Assembly: GCA_964416155.1 (NCBI GenBank)
Contig: CAYQCW010000009.1
Span: 26,495 to 90,494 of the forward strand
Length of the DNA stretch: 64,000 nucleotides
DNA from: an uncultured Nitrososphaerota archaeon
GTDB lineage: Archaea; Thermoproteota; EX4484-205; JAAOZP01
Direction of reading: 5' to 3'
Shown: positions 37,572 through 45,712 of the stretch, piece after piece
Layout of the letters: each line of letters starts with the position of its first letter
Numbering within the stretch: the first letter of the stretch is position 1
Notes under the pieces: model-generated
What the model saw: the letters and a program-made list of their open reading frames with translations, nothing else
Told to the model about the DNA's origin: nothing
Databases searched by the model: none
Translations under genes and position numbers: made by a program

Positions 37572-39723
37572 CCTCCGTAAACTGCGCCTTATATATTTTA
37601 GCGTATAACCCGTTCAGCCTTAAAAGCTCATCATGCGTCCCGATTTCAACGATCCTGCCCTTATCCATCACCACTATCTTATTCGATCTTTGAAGGGTTG
37701 AGAGCCTATGTGCAATCACTATCGTTGTTCTCTCCTTAGAAATATTGTCTAAGGCCTGCTGTATCTGCCTCTCTGCCAACGTGTCCACCGAAGAAGTCGC
37801 CTCGTCCATTACTAGGATCTTGGGCTCAAGGATTATTGCCCTAGCTATAGCGATCCTCTGCCTCTCTCCTCCTGAAAGCCTAGATCCCCTCTCTCCAACA
37901 GGTGAATCATACGCTAAGGGAAGGTTCATTATTGTCTCATGAATATTCGCAGCCTTCGCAGCCGCTATCACCTTCTTCAAATCCGTCTTCTCAAGACCGT
38001 ATGTTATGTTGAACAACACGGAGTTGTCGAATAGAAACGGGTCTTGAGCGACTATCCCTATGCTCTTCCTCAATCTTTCCAACTTGATTTTCCTGATGTC
38101 GACACCGTCTATAAGAATCCTACCCTCATTCACGTCGTAAAACCTTAACAGTAGTTTCGTCAGAGTCGTCTTCCCTGAGCCGCTTTGCCCGACTATTCCA
38201 ACCATCTCTCCTTTCCTGGTTTCAAGGTTTATGTTTTTCAAAACAGGGATGAAGGGCTCATATCCGAAGGTAACGTTTTCGAACTTTATGTCCCCCATCA
38301 TCTCGAAATCCTTAGCGTCAGGAGCGTCTTTCACAGCGGGGTCAATCCTCAGTATTTCAAGGATTCGTTCTCCAGAGGTTATTGCCTGCTGCAACGGTTC
38401 GGCAAGGTTTGTCACTGTTTGAATCGGCCCGTAGAACATCCACATGTAGCTGACGAATGCTACAAGCGTGCCTGGAGATATGTCTCCGCTGATGACGTGT
38501 AATCCGCCGACATACCACACTATCGCAGCTCCCGCGGAGCTTACGAAGCCAAGGATTGGGAAAAAGCCAAGATGTAGCCTCGTTATGTCAAGATTCGCCC
38601 TCACCACTTCATTCATTCTTTCAGTAAACCTGTTAACCTCCCCTTTTTCCCTAGCAAAAGACTTCACAACAGATATTCCAGGTATCGTGTCTACGAGTAG
38701 AGAACTAACGTCCGCCCATTTTCTCCAGGCTTTATGGTAGACAAGCCTAGCTTTAGACCTGAATCGTGGGAGTCCAAGCATTATGAGTGGTAGAGGCAAT
38801 AGTGCGAAAAGAGACAACCTATAGTCCATTGTGAATATTATGATGCCTATTCCAATTATTGAGAGAACGTTAATTATCAGGCTTGGTATCCCCCACACTA
38901 AGAACCATTGGACTCTCCCAATATCATCAGTAATCCTTGAAATAACTCTGCCAGTGCTCATCTTGTCGTAGAAAGACATGGAGAGCTCCTGCACGTGACT
39001 ATACAGGTCTCTCCTCATTTCATACACCAGTTTCTGGCTTAGCAGTGAAAGTGAATAGTTTTGAAGTATTCCAAGCAGAGTGTTCAACGCATAAATGGTT
39101 ATTAGGAAGATGGTCAGGTTTAGCAGCGTGGCCTCCTGTTTCTGAGCGGCTATCTGGTCTATGAGTGTCCTAAGCAGGGAAGGAGGAACCAGGTTTAAGC
39201 CTGTTATAACGACGGACAGGGTTAAACCAGTTAAGACCAGATACCAGTGAGGCTTGAGATAGGACATGAGCCATATTATGGCGTTCCTCTTGTTCTTCCC
39301 ATTGTTTTCAAGGTGGAGTTTGAACTCTATTTCCTCGGGGTCTTTATACTGGAGAAGCGCGTTTATCACGCCAGCCGCATGCCTGAACTCGCCTACTTTA
39401 TCTCTTGAAAACCTTGCCAAGGAAAACTCTTTACCATCGACAATTAGGATGAGCTCGCTGTTTCCAAGGTAATCGTTAAAGATTACCTGCGTAGCCTTCT
39501 TGATTTCCAGTTCTACGATTTTATTCCCATATTCCACGTCTATCTTCAACACCCGTTCGTTCGTAACTATAAAGAAGTAGGTTGAGAAACTACCGTCTTC
39601 ACCCAGGTCGCCTTTCGCAACTGATAAAACCATCTCCCCCGGCTTAAGAGATTTTTCAATCAGCGTTCTTTCTTTCTCGCTCAGCTTTTCCAGCAGGATT
39701 CTATGGGTTTCGTCATCCCCCAA
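37546..39723 (-). CDS. ABC exporter (TMD+NBD) with ~140-aa N-terminal PH-like extension; DUF1854-associated type
   Basis: N-terminal GDL.EDG.F...FIVTNERV; canonical GQSGSGKT, LSGGE, DEA, IAH. Confidence 0.92.
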   Translation of the reverse strand: MGDDETHRILLEKLSEKERTLIEKSLKPGEMVLSVAKGDLGEDGSFSTYFFIVTNERVLKIDVEYGNKIVELEIKKATQVIFNDYLGNSELILIVDGKEFSLARFSRDKVGEFRHAAGVINALLQYKDPEEIEFKLHLENNGKNKRNAIIWLMSYLKPHWYLVLTGLTLSVVITGLNLVPPSLLRTLIDQIAAQKQEATLLNLTIFLITIYALNTLLGILQNYSLSLLSQKLVYEMRRDLYSHVQELSMSFYDKMSTGRVISRITDDIGRVQWFLVWGIPSLIINVLSIIGIGIIIFTMDYRLSLFALLPLPLIMLGLPRFRSKARLVYHKAWRKWADVSSLLVDTIPGISVVKSFAREKGEVNRFTERMNEVVRANLDITRLHLGFFPILGFVSSAGAAIVWYVGGLHVISGDISPGTLVAFVSYMWMFYGPIQTVTNLAEPLQQAITSGERILEILRIDPAVKDAPDAKDFEMMGDIKFENVTFGYEPFIPVLKNINLETRKGEMVGIVGQSGSGKTTLTKLLLRFYDVNEGRILIDGVDIRKIKLERLRKSIGIVAQDPFLFDNSVLFNITYGLEKTDLKKVIAAAKAANIHETIMNLPLAYDSPVGERGSRLSGGERQRIAIARAIILEPKILVMDEATSSVDTLAERQIQQALDNISKERTTIVIAHRLSTLQRSNKIVVMDKGRIVEIGTHDELLRLNGLYAKIYKAQFTEGEKQVAVA

Positions 39724-39843
39724 CGTCAGAAGCGTGCACCGGAACGATTCTCTATTTAAGGCTTTTTGGTTTACCGGTGTAAAAACTTGTTTAGCTCCTC
39801 GTATAGAAGCCTTAAATAAAGCTAACGGATAATCACTGGCTAC

Positions 39844-40824
39844 ATGAGAAGTCTTAAGACGATGGGGCTAATCGTAGCCGTACTTTTAATTCTAGCATTA
39901 TTCGTAATTTACGGCAGGACGGTAATACCTCTCTTGCCTCCTATTTTTACAATAGAAGTTGAGCCCGCGACCGTTATACAATCCATGCTGGTTGCAGCCG
40001 GTGTCTACATAACATACGTTATACTATCCTACATGATTTCTTCCACTATAATACGAGCAGGTGGGAAACGCGGGGATGTGAAAATGCTGACGAATTTTCT
40101 GCGTTCAATCATATTTTTCATCGGAATCCTGTTGATCGTAAGCATTTTCACCGGAGGCGGGTTGACCTTCGCCACCGCTTTAGGGGCATTCGGAGGAATG
40201 TTTCTAGGATGGTCGCTGCAGCAACCGGTCACTGGGCTCGCAGCATGGTTCCTAGTAAACATAAGGCGCCCGTTCAAAGTCGGCGACCGCATTTTCCTCC
40301 CTGCGTGGGGCCTTATAGGCGATGTTTTAGACGTGGGAATGATGTACACGACTCTGAACCAGGTTGGCGGCACTATAGGGAGCGAGGAACCGTCTGGAAG
40401 AAGAATCCTAATACCTAACGCTATACTCTTTTCAAACGTCATTATAAACTATACGAGCGAGATCAAGACAACTCAACCATATATACTGGATGAGGTCGTC
40501 GTGAGGATAACCTACGATTCAGACTGGGAGGAGGCGGAGAGAATAATGAAGAAGGTTGCAACGGAGGTGACTATGGATATAATAAAGGAGACTGGCGTAG
40601 AGCCCTATGTAAGATCTGATTTCTACGATTACGGCGCATACCTTAGGCTCAGGTATATGACTCTTGCTGTCGACCGCCCGAGAATAGCACATGAAATAAA
40701 CAGGAGGATATTCGAAGAGTTCCAGAAGAATGAGAGGGTGGACTTCGCGATTCCATTCATTTATTCTTACAAGAAGGGTGAGAAGGCGTTTAAGGTGCTT
40801 GGCGACTCTGAGGCGGTGTCTTAA
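39844..40824 (+). CDS. mscS: Small-conductance mechanosensitive channel (MscS family)
   Basis: TMs, GWSLQ, RPFKVGDRI, G.V.DVG, IPNA.LF, ITYDSDW. Confidence 0.9.
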   Translation: MRSLKTMGLIVAVLLILALFVIYGRTVIPLLPPIFTIEVEPATVIQSMLVAAGVYITYVILSYMISSTIIRAGGKRGDVKMLTNFLRSIIFFIGILLIVSIFTGGGLTFATALGAFGGMFLGWSLQQPVTGLAAWFLVNIRRPFKVGDRIFLPAWGLIGDVLDVGMMYTTLNQVGGTIGSEEPSGRRILIPNAILFSNVIINYTSEIKTTQPYILDEVVVRITYDSDWEEAERIMKKVATEVTMDIIKETGVEPYVRSDFYDYGAYLRLRYMTLAVDRPRIAHEINRRIFEEFQKNERVDFAIPFIYSYKKGEKAFKVLGDSEAVS

Positions 40825-40863
40825 AGCTTTTAACTTGGAAACCAGAAAAATACGCGTGAGACC

Positions 40864-41580
40864 TTGAATTACAGGGAGTTTATCAGAAAGGGCTTACACT
40901 TCTTTCTTTCACTGATACTGCTTTTACCTTTCCTGCTAAGCCATCTCGAAATAACTTTTAACACTGCGGTTTTCTACTCGGTTTTAAGCATAGTGGCCCT
41001 GACCCTGAACGCGATGCAGATTAAGCGGCCTCTCTTAAGGAGTGAGGTTAAGAGCTTCATGAGGGAGAGAAGGGAGAAATTCTTCAACGATATCAGAAAC
41101 TACATACCCTTGAAAAGCAGGATTACCAGTCAGGTTGTAGACAGGATTGAGGAGAAGATTCACGGGATAGAGGACCTTATAGACTACCAGTTGTCAATTG
41201 TTGAGAGAGACTATGAGAAGAGAGGCGGATACATAGGTTTAACCTACGGGGTTCTCGGCGTAACCCTGTCCTACTTCCTATTTGAGGATTACGCGTTCTA
41301 CGGGGTTATTTCCCTAGCGACGACTGACGTTGTATCTACACTAGTAGGTGGGCTGAAGGGTACTCACAGGCTTCCTTTGACAAGTAAGACTCTTGAGGGA
41401 AGTGTTTCCGGTTTCACAACTTTTTTCATTGTTTTAATTTCAACGGGTGTTTCCCCACTAGCCTCGTTTATTCTCTCGACAGTGGCTGCAATTGTTGAGG
41501 CTTACACGGTTGAGGATAATCTGCTCCTACCGATAACAGTGTCCTTCTTGTCAACATTCATTGTTAAAGGTTTTCCTTGA
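40864..41580 (+). CDS. CTP-dependent isoprenoid/dolichol/diacylglycerol kinase family membrane protein
   Basis: RKGLH, D..STLVG, KTLEGS, EDNLLLP. Confidence 0.8.
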   Translation: MNYREFIRKGLHFFLSLILLLPFLLSHLEITFNTAVFYSVLSIVALTLNAMQIKRPLLRSEVKSFMRERREKFFNDIRNYIPLKSRITSQVVDRIEEKIHGIEDLIDYQLSIVERDYEKRGGYIGLTYGVLGVTLSYFLFEDYAFYGVISLATTDVVSTLVGGLKGTHRLPLTSKTLEGSVSGFTTFFIVLISTGVSPLASFILSTVAAIVEAYTVEDNLLLPITVSFLSTFIVKGFP

Positions 41581-41586
41581 ACCATT

Positions 41587-41934
41587 CTATCGCAACCTGA
41601 ATGACCCTAAGACGCCAATTTTATCGCGAGCAACCTTGTTCCTTCCAAGCAGGAAGCTTAAGACAGCGTTCAGATCACTGGTTTCTGAGGAGACAGTCAT
41701 TTTTTCAAACTCGCCTTCGCTCTCACCGGGCCCTCTAAAGTCAAACCTAACTGAAAAGATTCCCTCTCTACTCATTTTCCTAGCGGCGCGCACGAACAGC
41801 CTGCGTGCTTCAATCCTGTTTCCCGTGAAACCATGGCAGAAGATGACTGTCGGCGCGGGTGTTACGTGGGGGACATGCATGACGCTATGTATTCTCTCTC
41901 CCATAACGTTTACAAATACCGGTATCTCCTCCAT
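41587..41934 (-). pseudogene. Truncated alpha/beta hydrolase
   Basis: CHGFTGNRIE, RFDFRG.GESEG. The frame breaks at the nucleophile elbow (IGVLG then SFRLR*) where it meets the convergent gene. Confidence 0.8.
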
Positions 41935-42029
41935 TTTCCGTGAAATCAGGTTGTAGACACTATTTATAAATATGAGTAATTAAGCGTCCAGTTATTAAGC
42001 GCGCTAGAAAGCTTAAGCCTTAGAGAGTT

Positions 42030-42974
42030 TTACTCGAACTCTATTGTTGCAGGAGGCTTGTCAGAAATATCGTAAAGCACCCTGGAGACTTCAGGAATAT
42101 CCCTAGCTATCATGTCCCTTACTCTATCAAGCTTGGTCCAGTCGAGCCTAACGTATTTTGCAGTGATAGCGTCTTCAGATTCGACGATTCTCAGGGCAAT
42201 CATGTATCCGTATTTCCTGGTCGAATCCCTGTCTACTCCTGTAGCCCTGCCCTCAAGAAGAACAGGGAAAGCCTGGAAACACTCTATGTCTGCAAGCTCA
42301 TCGTCGACTATGGCTGTTGCCTTCTTTATTATTGAAAGCTTCTCCTCAGTGACTTCGCCAAGTATTCTAATCGCCAGCCCCGGCCCGGGGAACGGTCTTC
42401 GATTAACTATCTCGTTGGGAAGCCCGAGTTCCCTCGCAACCATCCTAACCTGATTCTTGTAAAGCTCTTTCAACGGTTCAACTATTTTAAACCCATATTT
42501 CTCAAGTGGGTTTATGCCTATCTGCTCCAGCACGTTATGCTGGGTTTTCACCCCCCCGGCCGTCTCAATTATGTCCGCCGCTATCGTTCCCTGCAGAATA
42601 ATCTTTGCACCCGCCTGTTCAGCAATCCTTGAAAACGTCTTGTAGAAGGTGTCTCTGAAGGCCTTCCTCTTCTCCTCAGCATCCCTAATGCCCTTTAAAG
42701 CCGTTAAAAACTCGCTTTGAATATTATGCACATCCACGCTGATTCCCATGTTTCTGAAGACCCTCCTAATCCTCTCGGCCTCACCTATTCTCATAAAACC
42801 GTCTTCGAGAAAAACTGCTTTCAGGTTTCTGCCGACTGCCTTAAAACCCAGCACCGCCGTCACGGAACTATCGACGCCGCCGGATAGGGCGACTATACCT
42901 GTCTCGCTGCCTATCTCCCTTCGTAGATAGCTTATTTTCTCATTAATGAATTCTCTAGGGCTGAACTGTGCCAT
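42030..42974 (-). CDS. guaAB: GMP synthase, ATP-pyrophosphatase subunit B
   Basis: LSGGVDSSV, EEKRK, QGTI, KTQHNV, EPLKELYK, PFPGPGLAIR, KPPATIEFE. No glutaminase domain (archaeal split type). Confidence 0.95.
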   Translation of the reverse strand: MAQFSPREFINEKISYLRREIGSETGIVALSGGVDSSVTAVLGFKAVGRNLKAVFLEDGFMRIGEAERIRRVFRNMGISVDVHNIQSEFLTALKGIRDAEEKRKAFRDTFYKTFSRIAEQAGAKIILQGTIAADIIETAGGVKTQHNVLEQIGINPLEKYGFKIVEPLKELYKNQVRMVARELGLPNEIVNRRPFPGPGLAIRILGEVTEEKLSIIKKATAIVDDELADIECFQAFPVLLEGRATGVDRDSTRKYGYMIALRIVESEDAITAKYVRLDWTKLDRVRDMIARDIPEVSRVLYDISDKPPATIEFE

Positions 42975-43073
42975 GCCTCGTTTTCCAGTTAAGAATTATT
43001 TAAGCTTTATTATGATTTCTATCTTCAACAAGGTTCGAGAAAAATTTCTAGCTTACCTGATTCTGCGTGTTGC

Positions 43074-43559
43074 TCATGTTGGCGGCGGTGGAGGAGGCGG
43101 TGGTGGCGCTTGAGGCCGGTTTATCACAGTAACGTTTACTGTTTGCTGCTGTTTTCCTGGCCTTTTCTCCAGAAGCTTGCTGCCAAGGCCGCGATTGAAG
43201 CCGCCCAGGCTACGAAATAGCCGGCCCGAGCTCAAACAAGTTGAATGTTTCTCCATACGATCTATAAATTAGAATATGCACGCCTGTTAAGAGCGGTAAA
43301 GCAACAATACCTGTGACGCCGCAGCCAAGGGGGAAGAAGCCTACAAGCCCAGCTATAACCAAGAGTGTGAAGGAAACTATCGTAACGTATGCTAGGGCGA
43401 TTAACGCTTGTTCTCCCGTTTCCTGTATCTCCCCAAGATGCTCCATGTTCTGTCTAGCTAAGGCGAAAAAGTGTCACCATGTGTTCCGAAAGGCAGAATG
43501 AACACCGCTATCAAGATGGCTACTCCTAAGATTATGCCTATGATCCTACCAAGGTTCAT
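43074..43559 (-). pseudogene. Frameshifted multi-pass membrane protein with polyproline tail; paralog of 44806-45603
   Basis: ATG 43559: MNLGRIIGIILGVAILIAVFILPFG..[fs ~43468]..LVIAGLVGFFPLGCGVTGI..GP[fs ~43224]GYFVAWAASIAA..[fs ~43163]..QAP9T*. Confidence 0.8.
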
Positions 43560-43630
43560 TTATACTCATCGTGTAGCCTCTTTCCCAGCCTGCATATAAA
43601 GCTTATACGAACTTATAAAAAGGTTAAAAA

Positions 43631-44644
43631 CTACATAATTTTTTTCATTTCCGTCTTTTTATTAAAAACCTTCGCTAGGCCTGTCTTCAAAAGTGCCGGC
43701 AACCCTATGAAATCAGTCACCGTATATATGAATCGGAAAAGCAGCGATATGGATACGCCATGAGAAATAGGCACGCTGAACAAATGTAGCAAGGCTACTA
43801 AAACCCCTTCCTGCACCCCTAGGCCGGCTAGGGTTAAAGGCAGGTAGGTGAAGCTTGAAACAAGCGAGTATATGAAGATGAATAACGCAGGGTTTAACTC
43901 AACACCGACGGAGAAGGAGAAAAAGTAGAGGGCCATCGAGTTTAGGATTGATGTTGACAGCATGGCGAGAACAACCGGCCCCAGAGCCCTCTTGGCTTTA
44001 ACCCCTTCCCTCTGAAAGTTTTCAATTCTCTCCAAGAAAGGGTTTAAAACTCTGCCTACCATCCTGAACGAGCTGAGCCTCACCACGAGTTTCCTAGGCT
44101 TGTCAGACCAGAGGAGTGTTGCGAAAAATAGGGTGCTGGCTGCCAGAATGAAGACGCTTAAAATAACAATCCATTGGGCTCCTGAAATCGATTCAACGGG
44201 ACCAATTAGATAGATTACTGAAACTATCGTCAGTAAAGCCCTTATGAGGAAGTCAACCATGCCTGATAGGACTGTTGCCACCAAGCATGCTTCGAAAGGT
44301 GTTTCACTAAGCGCCTCCATTACGAACGGGGTTATAAAGTATCCCGCACGCCCAGGTGTAAGATCACTAGCCAACTGGCCTGCAAAGTTTGCCTGAATAC
44401 AGCTTGATAGTCCTGCCTTGTATCTTAATGATGAAAGAATGAAGTAAAAGGATAACGCGATCATTGTTGAAGCAGCCACTATCAAGAGGGAGCCGACTAA
44501 AACGTATTTGGCATCAGCTTTAAGCAGGGCTTTAAAAGTCTCTTCAACATTTGCCTGCTGAAGCAGGATTACTAGAATAAGTACGCCTAATGCTAACTGA
44601 CAGATTACTAAAAAACCCTTCCCAGTGCCTTGCCCGTGTCCCAT
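43631..44644 (-). CDS. Lysylphosphatidylglycerol synthase TM/flippase-like (AglD2-type) membrane protein
   Basis: TPGRAG, PLTLAGLGVQEG, LLFR; multi-TM. Confidence 0.85.
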   Translation of the reverse strand: MGHGQGTGKGFLVICQLALGVLILVILLQQANVEETFKALLKADAKYVLVGSLLIVAASTMIALSFYFILSSLRYKAGLSSCIQANFAGQLASDLTPGRAGYFITPFVMEALSETPFEACLVATVLSGMVDFLIRALLTIVSVIYLIGPVESISGAQWIVILSVFILAASTLFFATLLWSDKPRKLVVRLSSFRMVGRVLNPFLERIENFQREGVKAKRALGPVVLAMLSTSILNSMALYFFSFSVGVELNPALFIFIYSLVSSFTYLPLTLAGLGVQEGVLVALLHLFSVPISHGVSISLLFRFIYTVTDFIGLPALLKTGLAKVFNKKTEMKKIM

Positions 44645-44805
44645 ATCCCTGTCACTTAGAGGATGCGAGGATTATTAATGATTACTGGCTGCCGCTAGGC
44701 AAGGTCACTGACACATGCGGCAAAGAATCTTAGCTGCTCCAACACACCGTTTTCCCACGTTCACTTAACTGGGCCGCCTCTAAGGCTTCATTTTATAGTT
44801 TAGAA

Positions 44806-45603
44806 TCAACTCTTTTGGGAAAGGTCTTTCTCAGCCAACCTGTTCAATATGATTTTCCTTTCAGCCTCCAGCTCGTCCAGCATTTTTCGAAGCCTCGTGC
44901 TCAGCCTATCGTATGCTTCTCCAGATATTATGTTCTCCTTCTTCTCATCCTCCAAAACAACTAGAAAAGCCCTGATTCTCGTAATCTCCTCTTCTATAAC
45001 GTCCAGACCGATGGATATGGATGATGCTGGTTCTGTTGACTCAGATGCTTGAGAGGGCTCAGCCGAAGAGGTTTGAGCCTCCTCTTCCGTACCTGATAAC
45101 GGTTTAAAGAGATCCATAGGTGGGCTGGATGTTTCCACAACTTCCTCCACGGGAGGTTGGGAAACTGCCGAAACAACCTTCCTCCTAGCATTGGGTCTAA
45201 ACTTGCCTATTAAGATTGCTGCCACAGAGGCTCCCCAAACAATGAAATAGCCGGTCCCGTAGCTCGGCGTGTTGAAGCCCAGTACAGGGTTGAAGACTGT
45301 TACTGTGGTTATAAGTATCATCCCAAAAATACCTATAGCGCCGGAGCGCAATGGGTACAGCCCTAGGGCTCCAGCGGCAATCAGAATTATGAATGATGCC
45401 AGAATTATGATCTCGTATATTAGAAGGTTCATGGGCGACTGCGTGCCACTAGCTATGTTTTCAATGAATTGGGCGATCATGCTGAATAAGGTTGTTTCTC
45501 CAACATTGTTGGAGGGAAGCAGAAAGGAGCCGAAAGGCAGTAGGAATATTGCTAGAATCATCACCAAGCCCAGTGCTATTCCGGCAATCCTATCCGCATC
45601 CAT
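44806..45603 (-). CDS. Four-TM membrane protein with acidic linker and C-terminal helical/coiled-coil domain
   Basis: N-terminal TMs ending in YGTGYFIVW, an S/E/P-rich linker, and L..LEDEKKENIISGEAYDRL C-terminus. Confidence 0.75.
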   Translation of the reverse strand: MDADRIAGIALGLVMILAIFLLPFGSFLLPSNNVGETTLFSMIAQFIENIASGTQSPMNLLIYEIIILASFIILIAAGALGLYPLRSGAIGIFGMILITTVTVFNPVLGFNTPSYGTGYFIVWGASVAAILIGKFRPNARRKVVSAVSQPPVEEVVETSSPPMDLFKPLSGTEEEAQTSSAEPSQASESTEPASSISIGLDVIEEEITRIRAFLVVLEDEKKENIISGEAYDRLSTRLRKMLDELEAERKIILNRLAEKDLSQKS

Positions 45604-45712
45604 CTTTACATTATTTTGTCCTGTTAAAACATATATTAAGCTTCCTTTTCAGTATTCTCTAGGGTTAATCCTGAAGAATGCTGCCTCTCGCCTTACGTGC
45701 TTGTTTTGCCTG

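Noticed and set aside
41587-42050. Possible integration at the guaA 3' end (a known bacterial hotspot), given the truncated gene downstream
   Set aside because: No second copy of the guaAB 3' end and no recombinase were seen.
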